IMG/VR virus record: IMGVR_UViG_3300038974_000417
Location: 9,312 to 73,311 of that record
Source of the DNA: a virus
Lineage: Duplodnaviria > Caudoviricetes
Reading direction: 5' to 3' (one strand)
Length of the DNA: 64,000 nucleotides
In this document: in pieces, positions 19,956 to 30,630 of the stretch
Position numbering within the stretch: position 1 is the first letter of the stretch
Layout: each line of letters starts with the position of its first letter
The notes under the pieces: generated by a model
Told to the model about the DNA's origin: nothing
Databases searched by the model: none
The model's input: the letters and a program-made list of their open reading frames with translations, nothing else
Position numbers and translations under genes: made by a program

Positions 19956-20265
19956 TTTGTTTCCAATATCTAATACTATCTTTAACTGCTTTACTTTTCG
20001 TTAAACTGGGATTATAATCAAAAATTAAACATAACGCAACACTAAAGTTTTCACATGAAAAATATTCACAAAATTCCTGTTGTATTATTGGATCCTTTAT
20101 TATTTCCACAGCAAGAGCAACTTGATTAAGTTGTTTATTCTTTAAAATGGATATATAACTCCCGAATTTTAGCATGCATATATCCAGCTCCTTAGCTAAC
20201 ATGTCTGTGCGGGGATTGTGATCTAAGTGTTCTATTAAAGTTAGTACATTACTTTTATTGGACAT
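19921..20265 (-). CDS. Hypothetical protein
   Basis: 114 aa; TATAAATA (20271-20278, -) 5 nt upstream of the ATG. Confidence 0.6.
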   Translation of the reverse strand: MSNKSNVLTLIEHLDHNPRTDMLAKELDICMLKFGSYISILKNKQLNQVALAVEIIKDPIIQQEFCEYFSCENFSVALCLIFDYNPSLTKSKAVKDSIRYWKQNVHNKKTRIHI

Positions 20266-20301
20266 GCAATTATTTATAATAATTTATAATAATCCAACTA
20301 G

Positions 20302-21210
20302 TTATATATTATTTAATGGTTTAGCCTTTAGGGATTTACTCATTTCTATAAAGCCTTCTGATGCCGGACAACCTCCCGCAGCTTCATGACCACCACCACC
20401 CCATGATTCACATAGTTTACCCACATTTAAATCACACGATTTATTTCTCCTTATATATACCTTATTGAGTTTGTGATTATATAAAATTACAACATCAGCC
20501 TGTTCTGAGATAAAGAATATATCTGATAAATCATTTATGTATTTATCTGCTAATAGTGAACATACTTTATATGATTTATCATCAATACAAATTTCTCCAA
20601 CATATATTTCATTAATATTATTGTAATAGGTATTGAGAGAGTCTTGATATATTTTGATCATAGATTGCTGTTGAATAGAGAAACCGAAAAAGCCTCTTTT
20701 AAATATTTTACAAAAAGTGTTAAAATTATCTGTTAAGCTCCAATATACTGTATTCAGATTTTTACTTAATGGTGATTTGAGAGTGTATGAATCATAATCA
20801 TCTGTTAGGGCTATTAAGGTCTTTTGTTGAGGCGTAAGTTGGGTACTGGGAAATTTAGCAGATAGGATTTTATATATGAGTTTGCAGGCGCTGGTATACT
20901 TTTTAACAAAGGCTTTTGCGTGTTTATATTCTGTTTTTTCGTGAGTAGAATGATGATCTATTATTATAAAATTTGAATTATCTACAAGATCCTCGTTACC
21001 ACTTACATCTAAATCTAATATATAAATTCTTTCGTATTCATCGGGTTTGTGATTTAAGCACCAATTTAAATATATTTGACGAAATTCGTATGCGCTTCTA
21101 ACAGGTACTATTTCAAATGGTATATTAGGATAGAACCACGTAGTAGTTAGATAAGATACTACCCCGTCTAGATCTAAATGGGTAAATATGCATGTTTTTT
21201 TATCAGTCAT
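20302..21210 (-). CDS. DHH-family phosphoesterase (DHH + DHHA1)
   Basis: FTHLDLDG, ILDLD, IIDHH and GGGGHEAAGG motifs. Confidence 0.85.
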   Translation of the reverse strand: MTDKKTCIFTHLDLDGVVSYLTTTWFYPNIPFEIVPVRSAYEFRQIYLNWCLNHKPDEYERIYILDLDVSGNEDLVDNSNFIIIDHHSTHEKTEYKHAKAFVKKYTSACKLIYKILSAKFPSTQLTPQQKTLIALTDDYDSYTLKSPLSKNLNTVYWSLTDNFNTFCKIFKRGFFGFSIQQQSMIKIYQDSLNTYYNNINEIYVGEICIDDKSYKVCSLLADKYINDLSDIFFISEQADVVILYNHKLNKVYIRRNKSCDLNVGKLCESWGGGGHEAAGGCPASEGFIEMSKSLKAKPLNNI

Positions 21211-22537
21211 TCTGTAGTTCCTCTAATACTGTCTTTGCGGTGGATATATTATTATTTATAAACACATCTTCAGTTTCTGTTACATGTAATGTATCATAGT
21301 CTATTTTTAGACAAGTGCTACCGAAATTCGGACCGTATCTGTTTTTTTGCATGCCCATTCTCAATATTCCTAATTCTTTATCAGTGTCATCGGCCCATAA
21401 GCTCAATTGTACATCGGCTGTATGAGCTAGTCCCATGCTTTCACTAGTAGTTTCTAGACCTGGATCGGATTGATTATAACCAGACCTGTTAAGTTGGGTT
21501 GCACTCCAGACTGGTATACCACCAAAGCTATATGATAAACCCCTTAGATCTTCTGTAATAGATTTAATATCTATATATGAATTACCAGTGGTAATAACGG
21601 GTCTAAGAAGATTAATATAATCTACTATTATTAGGTCTGGCTTGAATTGTTTCTGCTGTACTAATTTGGTTAAATATGCTCTTAAAGTATTTACTGTGGC
21701 TGTTTTTGTAGGATATTCTTTTATTAATAGTTTACTACCTGGATGTATATTTTTATATTCTTTTACACTTTGAACTAAATTGTCTGAATGTTCTTTTAGC
21801 ATTTTTAGAGGTATTTTTGTAATACAGCTACTCACTCTTTTTGCATACATTTGCTCAGACATTTCGAGAGTAAATATGACTATCTTTTTATTTTGAGCGA
21901 GTACATTACTCGCCAAATTAGTAAGCATTACACTTTTACCTACGTTTGTAGCGGCGCTAATTATATATAGAGATTTACCATCGTTTACTATTCCACCATC
22001 TAACATTTTATCCAACCATTTAAAACCAGTACTGAAAGTGGAATTTACTGTATTGAGAGTCTTAATATATTCATCAATTCGATCTATATAATCTAGTCCA
22101 AAGTTATCTATTAGAGTTATACCACAGGCATTTTCAAACAATTTTAATGTTTTAGATAAATCTACTTCTTTATTTTGCCCTATTGTATTTGCTGTATTTA
22201 ATACTGCATTATATACAGCTTTTGTTTTGAGAAAATATTCAGTATTTTTTATAAGTTCATCTTCATTATATTCAGTGTCTAGCTTTTGAAACTCTAATAA
22301 TAACTGCTTAAAATGTTGTTTTTCTTGATCGTTGGCTAATCTAGATTTTATCTCTGTAAGATTTGGTACTGTTTTGTGCTCATTGTAGAATTCTTTTATC
22401 TTAAATAGTATAGTTTTAATACATCCATTATCAAAATAAGATGGATTAATATGCTCTACAATTGTAGAAAAATATGTAGATCTTTTTATAGAATTATAGG
22501 TCAATATATATTCAAAGAAATTGAAATCGAAGTTCAT
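21203..22537 (-). CDS. Replicative helicase (DnaB/T4 gp41-like)
   Basis: STGFKWLD, Walker A AATNVGKS, FTLEMSE, IIVDYINLL, VWSATQLNRSG, SESMGLAHTAD, KNRYGP. Confidence 0.92.
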   Translation of the reverse strand: MNFDFNFFEYILTYNSIKRSTYFSTIVEHINPSYFDNGCIKTILFKIKEFYNEHKTVPNLTEIKSRLANDQEKQHFKQLLLEFQKLDTEYNEDELIKNTEYFLKTKAVYNAVLNTANTIGQNKEVDLSKTLKLFENACGITLIDNFGLDYIDRIDEYIKTLNTVNSTFSTGFKWLDKMLDGGIVNDGKSLYIISAATNVGKSVMLTNLASNVLAQNKKIVIFTLEMSEQMYAKRVSSCITKIPLKMLKEHSDNLVQSVKEYKNIHPGSKLLIKEYPTKTATVNTLRAYLTKLVQQKQFKPDLIIVDYINLLRPVITTGNSYIDIKSITEDLRGLSYSFGGIPVWSATQLNRSGYNQSDPGLETTSESMGLAHTADVQLSLWADDTDKELGILRMGMQKNRYGPNFGSTCLKIDYDTLHVTETEDVFINNNISTAKTVLEELQND

Positions 22538-22538
22538 A

Positions 22539-23627
22539 TTATATCTTTAAATAATTATTAACACTTCGCACGCGTTCTTCCACTGTACCATCTATTGTGG
22601 TTACTAGATCCGGTATAAAGAGGCTAGCACACTGAATTATATTGTCAAATACACTGATTATATGTTTTCTAAACTCCGGTTCAGTACTCCGAAGTCCATC
22701 ATTTACCATTTGTAGGGTTGGTGGTAGGTAGAATATCTTAGTGTATCTATTCATGAATTCTACATTTAATAAACCTTTAGCGTATTTCATTACAGTATCG
22801 CTAATATTGCCACTCTCATATAATATTTTAGTATATGTATATCCGTCTATTATACTTCTATCTAATACACACGGTTTAGTTGCTACAAGACGTTCAAGAT
22901 GTTTATTTAGTATATAAAGCTGAGTCTCATCATTCCCTTGTTCGTTAATTTTATATCCTAACTGCTGTGCTTCTCGAGTCATACTAGTAATATACATGTA
23001 CTTGCCAAAAATATCTTTATCTTGAAGAGCTTTTACTAAAGTAGTTTTTCCTGTACAATGGGATCCTGATATTGCATATCTTAAGTTATACGGTCGAGTG
23101 AATTGTCTGGTAAAGAATAATTTCCATGATAATAAACTGGTATATCTTAGTCGATCATATATAGTACCTAAATCACAATTTTTAATAGATGTTATAACTC
23201 TATATTTAATCGGGCCATCATCTACCTCAGAAGTCACTTTATGTATTATTGATCCACTTATAGGCAATTTAAGATCATATGCTTTTTGCTGAGGATTAAA
23301 CCCCTTTAATTCTGGATATTGAACTACATCACCTGGGTGACCATTGTATATATTAAGTGTATTACATACTATTTCTGGAATTATTCGAAGCCAGCCGTGA
23401 AGAGTTACTAGAGTACAGTCTGATAGATATTTTAATAAAACGTATGGAGACTTGCTATCCTCTAGAGGAATATATATAAAGTCTGTCTGACTGGCTATTA
23501 TTTTGAGATCATCACATAAATTTTCATATGGATTGGTACTTAATATTACGCTGGGGATAATATTAAGATCATTACATATTGTTGCAAGTTCTCTTCCAGT
23601 TTGAGATAATAAGGCTCCCCATTTCAT
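22539..23627 (-). CDS. Fusion protein: PurN-like formyltransferase (N-terminal) plus nucleoside monophosphate kinase (AAA_28-like, C-terminal)
   Basis: LHGWLRII, YNGHPG and IHKVTSEVDDGPI retain the PurN Asn/His/Asp catalytic set. These are followed by ISGSHCTGKTT (P-loop), LDRSIID and IFYLPP. Confidence 0.75.
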   Translation of the reverse strand: MKWGALLSQTGRELATICNDLNIIPSVILSTNPYENLCDDLKIIASQTDFIYIPLEDSKSPYVLLKYLSDCTLVTLHGWLRIIPEIVCNTLNIYNGHPGDVVQYPELKGFNPQQKAYDLKLPISGSIIHKVTSEVDDGPIKYRVITSIKNCDLGTIYDRLRYTSLLSWKLFFTRQFTRPYNLRYAISGSHCTGKTTLVKALQDKDIFGKYMYITSMTREAQQLGYKINEQGNDETQLYILNKHLERLVATKPCVLDRSIIDGYTYTKILYESGNISDTVMKYAKGLLNVEFMNRYTKIFYLPPTLQMVNDGLRSTEPEFRKHIISVFDNIIQCASLFIPDLVTTIDGTVEERVRSVNNYLKI

Positions 23628-24454
23628 GTTCCGTATCCTTTATTTACAAATTGTCTAAACATTTTAACATTATAGTAGATTGTTTTAAGCTGTTCAACAC
23701 TAATATTTTTCTCTATTAGATCAACTAATTTTATAGAGTTCTTGGTTTTCAATCCATGTCTTGAATTATATTTAATTCCATGGATGCCGTGAACTATTGG
23801 ACTGCTGGTATCTACGGACTCAAACATGTATTTGGTAAAGCCAAAGAGTCCGGCCATTTTTAATTCTTGGGGTAATGAGCAACCTAATAGGTGATATTTT
23901 TTATTTCTTGGAAGCGATATATCCTCTTCTAGTCTTTGAATAAAGAGGTTTCTCCCGATACAAAATCTTTCCCATTTGTTTAGCTTGTTTATGGGTTTAT
24001 CTTCCGTTGACGATAAATAGTAACTATAATCAAAACTTATACCTATTTTTTCAATTGATTTTTTACTAGCTATAAATTGTATACATTCTTTTAGATCTTT
24101 ATATGTTTTACCTTGTAAGACGGCAATTTTTCTTCCTGGTAAATCATTATAATTTTTTAACCAATTTTCTATACTATTACATGTTTCAATTGTATCTTCT
24201 AATGTATCAGGAATTATATATTCATCCGGCCTAAGTTCGTCTATATATTTTGCAAATTTAACATGATTAAAACTTTTTCCTAATTCAAATATTGAATTAT
24301 CTAATAATACCCGTCTACCTATTTGTTTTTCCTGTAAATAAAAATGGTAGTATTGTGGATATAATTCAAATAAATGAACTAATGCATATGAGTAATCGTT
24401 AAAATTACGGGATTCTTCTAATAGGCTTATAGGTACTTCGTGGGATATTATCAT
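23624..24454 (-). CDS. TGT/DpdA-like TIM-barrel transglycosylase (putative 7-deazaguanine DNA base-exchange enzyme)
   Basis: VLLDNSIFELG, YIIPD, IAVLQG, YHLLG and ESVDTSSP line up with the TGT-family DSG, VQG, HLxG and catalytic-Asp segments. QueD and QueE are present in the window. Confidence 0.5.
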   Translation of the reverse strand: MIISHEVPISLLEESRNFNDYSYALVHLFELYPQYYHFYLQEKQIGRRVLLDNSIFELGKSFNHVKFAKYIDELRPDEYIIPDTLEDTIETCNSIENWLKNYNDLPGRKIAVLQGKTYKDLKECIQFIASKKSIEKIGISFDYSYYLSSTEDKPINKLNKWERFCIGRNLFIQRLEEDISLPRNKKYHLLGCSLPQELKMAGLFGFTKYMFESVDTSSPIVHGIHGIKYNSRHGLKTKNSIKLVDLIEKNISVEQLKTIYYNVKMFRQFVNKGYGT

Positions 24455-24457
24455 ATA

Positions 24458-25534
24458 TTACTCTTCGGTTAAGGGTGATAGATCTATTTTATTATAACAT
24501 AATTCTTTTTGCAACATGGGCTCTAGTTTTTCTATTATAGAGTTCCATACTTCTTCGTTGCTTTTCCATGTCTTAAAATATCCTAACTTTTTCTCACCGA
24601 GAGAATATGTAGATCCGTTCTGCTGTACTATATCATATCCAATTGCCATATCTAGCAAGCCTGCATATTTATATAATCCAGATTTAAAGTTTAAATATAA
24701 TTCTGTTTCTAAGAAGGGTGGTATAAATCTATTTTTAACTGTAAGTGCTCGAAGGGTTACTCCACTAACTTTATTGGCCATAGGTATTTTTATATCATCA
24801 TCATTTTTCTCATCATGCTTTTCATTACGAATAGCTAATTGTACTAAAAGACTGGCCAGATATAAGGGGCCTTTACCTCCCGATTGACTTTTAACTAGAC
24901 TGGGAAACATAGCCATTGGATCGTCATAAATATGATTTGCAAATATTACAGATACACCAGCTTTAGCAGCCTTGTATGTAATTGTACGCATCATACTTTT
25001 TAATCCCTTAGCTCTTTGTCCTAGATCGCTTGCAGTTTTATCTTTAGCGGCATCAGTCATTTCTTTTTGGCTGGCAAGGTTGCCTAGGCTGTCGATTGCT
25101 ACAATATATTTTCCATACGTTTTTTCACCACCAGCGATAACGTTATCTAGAAATTTAGATATTTGATTTCTACACTCTTCAATAGTTTCAACTGGGAGTA
25201 TTTTAATACGCTCAGGATTGACACCTACGTTTTTGATTGTATTTTTATCTGTTGCAGCCTCTGTATCCCATATTAGACCCCAGTGATCTGAGCTGAGAGA
25301 TTGAAAGTTTCCAATTATTTTATTGATAATAAGACTTTTTCCGCTTTGTGCTGGACCCACGAAGCCAGTGATTCTACCCTTAGGTATTCCCTTATATAAA
25401 CTACCGGAGCATATTGCATTTAATGCATAGCTTCCGGTATCAATCCATTCATTTACAGTGCTTAGATTGTGATCACTAAGCGTAGCAAAATCTGGATTAA
25501 GTTTATCGAGTCCTTCAAATACTCCGGTAGTCAT
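24458..25534 (-). CDS. uvsX: RecA/UvsX-like recombinase
   Basis: IDTGSYALN, GIPKGRITGFVGPAQSGKS, WDTEAA, IDSLGNL, ANHIY and GGKGPLYLAS. Confidence 0.9.
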   Translation of the reverse strand: MTTGVFEGLDKLNPDFATLSDHNLSTVNEWIDTGSYALNAICSGSLYKGIPKGRITGFVGPAQSGKSLIINKIIGNFQSLSSDHWGLIWDTEAATDKNTIKNVGVNPERIKILPVETIEECRNQISKFLDNVIAGGEKTYGKYIVAIDSLGNLASQKEMTDAAKDKTASDLGQRAKGLKSMMRTITYKAAKAGVSVIFANHIYDDPMAMFPSLVKSQSGGKGPLYLASLLVQLAIRNEKHDEKNDDDIKIPMANKVSGVTLRALTVKNRFIPPFLETELYLNFKSGLYKYAGLLDMAIGYDIVQQNGSTYSLGEKKLGYFKTWKSNEEVWNSIIEKLEPMLQKELCYNKIDLSPLTEE

Positions 25535-25542
25535 ATATCTCC

Positions 25543-25932
25543 TTATTGTTCGTCAAATAACTTAATTACTTCAGGCGGCGAAGCCGGGGATTCATTAGGT
25601 GTAACTATATTACCTGTACCACTTTGGGGTAACACTAAGTTAGAGAACATCTGCTGATATTGAGCTTTAATTCTGAAGTCCAGTTCAAATCCAAGATTTT
25701 CCGTAATTGAATTACGGTTGAATAGCCATACTATACTTTCATCTTTAGCGGCCTGAAATTCTTTAAATATAATAGGGATCATTCTTAATTGGAGCTGATT
25801 GGTCTGTTGGTTTGGAACTATATCTAAAATAACTGGGTTTTTTACAGCTAATTTATCAGTTGTATTCTGATCGGGAACAGCTTCTCCTAAAATGGTTCGG
25901 CTTAGTGTATCTAAAAACATTATTGTGTTCAT
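25543..25932 (-). CDS. Hypothetical protein (possible Sm-like fold)
   Basis: RTILGE...LAVKNPV pattern seen in T4-like Sm-fold proteins; weak. Confidence 0.4.
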   Translation of the reverse strand: MNTIMFLDTLSRTILGEAVPDQNTTDKLAVKNPVILDIVPNQQTNQLQLRMIPIIFKEFQAAKDESIVWLFNRNSITENLGFELDFRIKAQYQQMFSNLVLPQSGTGNIVTPNESPASPPEVIKLFDEQ

Positions 25933-25934
25933 TT

Positions 25935-26654
25935 TTATTCTCCTTTGTTTGTTATGTTTAATATTAATGGGTTATATTTTATATCATATTGTTCGTCTAA
26001 TAAACTAACGTTATACATATATACTTCTCGTCCCTCACGGGAGTCATGACACCATTTCATTCGATCATGATTACCCGAATGGATGTGTCCAAAAACTACA
26101 TATTTTGGATTTTTCATTTTGATTTCATCCATGAGCCATTTATTTCCTAAATTTTCCGTTTCGTTATATTCTAAAATAGTATCTCCGTATCCATAAGGAG
26201 GGCAGTGTGATATTAATACATCTATATCGTTATCTATTTTAGAATAATATTCCTTTGCATATTCAGGACCTTTATTATTAGGAATATTAAATGCCCAATT
26301 ACGAAGATGGGTGACCCATGGAGTACCATGAAATTTCACTCCGTCTAAAACTATATTACTATCTCTTAGATAAAATATATTATTAGGCAATTTTGATTTA
26401 AATTCATCCTCTGCTTGATCTTTAAATATATCCTGAAAATAGAAATCATGATTTCCGGCAATCAATATTTTATATTTAGCTGGAATAAGATTAAGATATG
26501 GAATGAAAGAATCCCAAAACCATTGTTTTTGAAGCCGTCCGCTACCCAATTCAAAATCTGGGAGTACATCTCCACCCATAACAAGAACATCACATTCTGG
26601 AATCTTATCGGCAAAATTTTTACCGTGAGTATCACTGACTGCTACTATTTTCAT
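25935..26654 (-). CDS. Calcineurin-like metallophosphoesterase
   Basis: SDTHG, GGD, AGNHD, LISHCPPYG and FGHIH. Confidence 0.9.
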   Translation of the reverse strand: MKIVAVSDTHGKNFADKIPECDVLVMGGDVLPDFELGSGRLQKQWFWDSFIPYLNLIPAKYKILIAGNHDFYFQDIFKDQAEDEFKSKLPNNIFYLRDSNIVLDGVKFHGTPWVTHLRNWAFNIPNNKGPEYAKEYYSKIDNDIDVLISHCPPYGYGDTILEYNETENLGNKWLMDEIKMKNPKYVVFGHIHSGNHDRMKWCHDSREGREVYMYNVSLLDEQYDIKYNPLILNITNKGE

Positions 26655-26672
26655 TTATATAATAATAATAAC

Positions 26673-29267
26673 TTAACTGAATAATGCAAGTAGATTATTT
26701 GCATATGTTATATTAAAGTCTTGGATAGGCCATCCAATACAATCATATAATCGATCAACTGCGGGCCTAATAATCTTGTTAAACATTTTTACATAATCCG
26801 GTTTAATATTGAATTCCTCGGGTAGATTAGCTATATAACTTAAACACTTAATATCGTATTTATTAGCGTCACAATAAAACCATTTAATTTTATTTCCGGA
26901 TGTAATAGATTCGTATTTATTATCTAATTTTAATATTTTAATTAAATTATTATAGTATATAGACCCCTTTACATGAGCGGGTGTACCTTTACCTATTCTA
27001 AACCCCTCACTACTATTTTCGTATTTACTGTAGTTATTAATACTAGATCTAAAGCAAATTTTATCTATATCTAAAGTTTTAAACTGTTCAAATATATCGT
27101 GATATATTTCATTTGTTTTGTTTATATCTCTAGTTTTAATTATAGTATTAATAACACTTCGTATAAGTACCTTTACTTCTTCAGATATTACACTCCGAGC
27201 AATCTCAACCCCCACAAACTTTAATTTATCACATGGTATACCCTCATCATCTAATATATGAAGAATATAGCGTTTCTTTTGCTGAAATATTCCTACATCG
27301 CATATCGCTTCTCTCTTAAATATAAATCTACTATTAATTGTGTTAAGTGTGCTTGTCGCCCAACTAGTAATATGGTTATTAAGATATTCACCCAATTCGT
27401 TTATTATATCATGAGATTGTTGAGATATATCATTACCATCAAGTAATTTGATATTAAGTTTATCCAATATTGGTTTAATAGTAATATAAACCGAATCTGT
27501 ATCATTATATATAGTTAAATCGGTTGATATGTCGTATTTTTCTTTAGCAAATTGTCTTACTATTTCGCTTGATTGCTTTACAGTGGCTTGACCTGTGAGA
27601 GTAATACTACTAGCTGCATCGATATCATAGAATGGGCTATGTCTGTTCCCGAATGTACCGTATATACTATTCAGTAGAGTTTTGATAGCACGTTGAGACA
27701 TATCAAGTTTTAATATTTCTCGTTCTAATTGTATACGCTCGTTTATACTATCAGTATCTTTATTGTTTTCATTTTGATTCTTAGCCATTAATTTATTTAA
27801 TTGAGCTAGTTGACGCTTTTTACTCTTCATATTCTTTTGAATGCCTACTCGCTCTTTATAGAGGTTTTCGATCATTTCTGGACAAAATCCCATAGTCTTT
27901 TGAGAATATAATACTTTGGCTTTGCTAATACTGAGTTGTTCTTTTTTAATGAATGCGGTTAGCTTCTCTGGGGATAGTGTGTATTTTTCACCAGAAACTA
28001 GTTGGACTGTTATTCCATTGCTATTCTTGCTCAGTATTTTACCCACCTTGGTTTCTGGACTAATATTGAGAGTAATTATTGTGTTGGGATATAGACTATT
28101 TGCATCAAAACTTACTACTGACTCTTTTATACCTCTGCTTGGGTCTTTTACAAATCCCCCGGCGTAGTCGGATTTAATACTATGCTTAAACGTTGGTATT
28201 ATTAATTTCTTCCTGCGAGCTTGTTGTGCCATTGCGCCTGTTACTATACTGATAGTACCAAGTGCTGCCTCAAAATTAGTCAGTCCTTTATATGCAATAG
28301 CTCTAACAAAGTTGATAAATTGAAGTTTATCATCAAGTTTTACTACAATTGAAACATCTTGGATGTTATAGTTAACAAAGGTTTCCCAGTCGCTGTCAGC
28401 CAACTTACTTAAATCTGTAGCATTATATTTGATTTTACCTTCACCAAGCTCTAATTCACCTATGAAGTTTAAATTATAGCTTTCTCTATCACCTCGAGAG
28501 AACTTTTTATATATATCTAAATAATCAATACAACTTACGCCGTTTATATACCATCTACCCATTTCCTTGCCGAAATCAGTTGGTATTCCTGGACGAAACC
28601 ATATATTACCTACAGGGCTCAATTTAGAGGCTTCCTCTTCTCCAAGTAAAGCGGTTATTCGATTAATTATATATGGTATATCAAATCCGATAATATTCCA
28701 CCCAGTAACAATGTCGTATTCTTCTGCTTGCCAGTGAGTTATAAATGAATTAAGTAGGGATTGTTCGCTATCACATTTAATATATATCACATCTGGATTT
28801 TTAGATATGTAGTTATTTTTTAATCCCCAAGAATAATACTTCTTTTTTATACTGTTATATATGGTGATAATATTAACTGGATGTTTTGCTTCTTCTGGTT
28901 TAGGAAATTCGTTAGCATATACTTCAATATCTATAAATCCGATCTTTAACTCATCTTTAGCAAAATCAGGAGAGTTATTTAAGTCGCTATAGTGATCAAT
29001 TAGAAATTGTTGATCTGGCGCTATATTATAAAATAATCGTGATATTCCACCTTCATTGGCAAACTTGCGACGTTCATATTGATTTGTAAACTCTATCTTT
29101 TTAAGGTCTGTATTGTATATACTTTTTCCGTCTTTACCATTTCGAGATTCTACATATAGATATGGCTTAAATGGAATTTTTTCATATATTCGATCTCCTG
29201 ATTTATTCCATTTCCATAGATGAATAGCTCTCGCTCTACTATCATAATATACATGCCTATAACTCAT
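26673..29267 (-). CDS. Family B DNA polymerase (T4 gp43-like)
   Basis: Exonuclease DIEV, GWNIIGFDIPY, YNIQD; polymerase SFDANSLYP, KTLLNSIYG, YNDTDS, KKRY. Confidence 0.95.
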   Translation of the reverse strand: MSYRHVYYDSRARAIHLWKWNKSGDRIYEKIPFKPYLYVESRNGKDGKSIYNTDLKKIEFTNQYERRKFANEGGISRLFYNIAPDQQFLIDHYSDLNNSPDFAKDELKIGFIDIEVYANEFPKPEEAKHPVNIITIYNSIKKKYYSWGLKNNYISKNPDVIYIKCDSEQSLLNSFITHWQAEEYDIVTGWNIIGFDIPYIINRITALLGEEEASKLSPVGNIWFRPGIPTDFGKEMGRWYINGVSCIDYLDIYKKFSRGDRESYNLNFIGELELGEGKIKYNATDLSKLADSDWETFVNYNIQDVSIVVKLDDKLQFINFVRAIAYKGLTNFEAALGTISIVTGAMAQQARRKKLIIPTFKHSIKSDYAGGFVKDPSRGIKESVVSFDANSLYPNTIITLNISPETKVGKILSKNSNGITVQLVSGEKYTLSPEKLTAFIKKEQLSISKAKVLYSQKTMGFCPEMIENLYKERVGIQKNMKSKKRQLAQLNKLMAKNQNENNKDTDSINERIQLEREILKLDMSQRAIKTLLNSIYGTFGNRHSPFYDIDAASSITLTGQATVKQSSEIVRQFAKEKYDISTDLTIYNDTDSVYITIKPILDKLNIKLLDGNDISQQSHDIINELGEYLNNHITSWATSTLNTINSRFIFKREAICDVGIFQQKKRYILHILDDEGIPCDKLKFVGVEIARSVISEEVKVLIRSVINTIIKTRDINKTNEIYHDIFEQFKTLDIDKICFRSSINNYSKYENSSEGFRIGKGTPAHVKGSIYYNNLIKILKLDNKYESITSGNKIKWFYCDANKYDIKCLSYIANLPEEFNIKPDYVKMFNKIIRPAVDRLYDCIGWPIQDFNITYANNLLALFS

Positions 29268-29302
29268 ATTATTATGGTATTATATAAACAGTAAGAATTC
29301 AA

Positions 29303-30589
29303 TTATATAATTTCGGGATTTAATCTTTTTAGCGCTGGACGAGGTTCGTTAGCTGATTTAAAATACATTTCACAGTGTTCGTCTATTCTGTCTTCTAGCC
29401 ACATGGAATCAGCGTATTTACGGACCTTTTTACACATGTTAATGTATTGACTCTGGTCTTTGAGTAGATACTCTATTTGAGATATCATTTCTTCTCCAGT
29501 TTTAAATTTGATGGGGCAGTCTTTGTATGTCACCATGTCTTGACATATTGCTGGAATTCCCAACATTGCAGGTTCGAGATATTTAATATTACTTTTTGCT
29601 CTATTAAATTCACAATCTATTAATGGTGCGATTACACAGTTTACGTCTAAGTTATCTATACCAACTGGATATTCAAGAATGGGGCTCCAGTTTACATATT
29701 CCATTATACCTCTATCAATAAACGGTTTAACTTTAAGAGGAAAACCACCCATAAATACCCACTTAAACTTATTTCTAGTTGATATAATATAATCTACTAC
29801 GTGTGCAAAATCATCTATTTGATTCGTTTTGTTTTGAATGTCAAAATGAGTACCAGATCCACAATAACCTATTCTGGGTCGTTTTTTATGAATATTATAT
29901 CGTTTACCCAGTTTATTAATGTCATATAACCTATCTCCCCAATACCGAGGAGGGTAGTTAGGTATTACTCTAATATTACTGTTACCTGTTTTCTTGATAT
30001 AATATTGTTTCATGTATTCGCATGTAACAGTGATTTCATCTGCAATATTCATCATTTCTAATACACTGGCTACTATTCGATCATCTAAAAATGCTTCCTT
30101 ACATCTATTAAAGTCTGGAATATCATCTTTAAAAATAATATCATCTACTTCGTATACTACTTTACCTCCAGTATCATTCATTACCTTTTTAACACACTTA
30201 AAAAAATCAAGCTGCTGTGGTGTAGCTTGACGTTGAAACTTAACGCATTTTAGGCCGTTTTTGTAATAGTTAGCATCACCGATCATACTGGTCATTCCCA
30301 TGATAACACCTTTTTGGTATCCGTTTATCACAGTTTCTGGCCAAATCATTCTCCAGAAGCCACATCCACCATAATCAGCATGGTAGTTTAAGGCCCTGGG
30401 TAGACCGTGACCCGGAAGAGGTATCGGGGGAGGAGTAAAGTTGTGAATTACAGGGATTATTTTGTTAATTACCGGTTGAGATCCAGGAATACCTGGGACT
30501 GAGAGACCTAGGGTCGCCGGCTCATATCTGATGGATGGTTTATTATCAGATGTTATTTGACAATTATGTTGATTTTTAAATTTTAGCAT
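29303..30589 (-). CDS. Glycosyltransferase (GT-B fold) adjacent to the DNA polymerase
   Basis: YEVDD, IRVIPNY, RIGYCGSGTH, IAPLIDCEFNRAKSNIKYLE, GIPAI. ATG 30589 preferred over 30625. Confidence 0.75.
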   Translation of the reverse strand: MLKFKNQHNCQITSDNKPSIRYEPATLGLSVPGIPGSQPVINKIIPVIHNFTPPPIPLPGHGLPRALNYHADYGGCGFWRMIWPETVINGYQKGVIMGMTSMIGDANYYKNGLKCVKFQRQATPQQLDFFKCVKKVMNDTGGKVVYEVDDIIFKDDIPDFNRCKEAFLDDRIVASVLEMMNIADEITVTCEYMKQYYIKKTGNSNIRVIPNYPPRYWGDRLYDINKLGKRYNIHKKRPRIGYCGSGTHFDIQNKTNQIDDFAHVVDYIISTRNKFKWVFMGGFPLKVKPFIDRGIMEYVNWSPILEYPVGIDNLDVNCVIAPLIDCEFNRAKSNIKYLEPAMLGIPAICQDMVTYKDCPIKFKTGEEMISQIEYLLKDQSQYINMCKKVRKYADSMWLEDRIDEHCEMYFKSANEPRPALKRLNPEII

Positions 30590-30630
30590 GTATATTATTA
30601 TATATATTAATTTGTTAAAAATCAACGGCT

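Noticed and set aside
21203-29267. Inteins or introns in the helicase, UvsX or DNA polymerase (the portal was also checked)
   Set aside because: Lengths are ordinary, conserved motifs are contiguous, and no intein splice-junction or LAGLIDADG blocks were seen.
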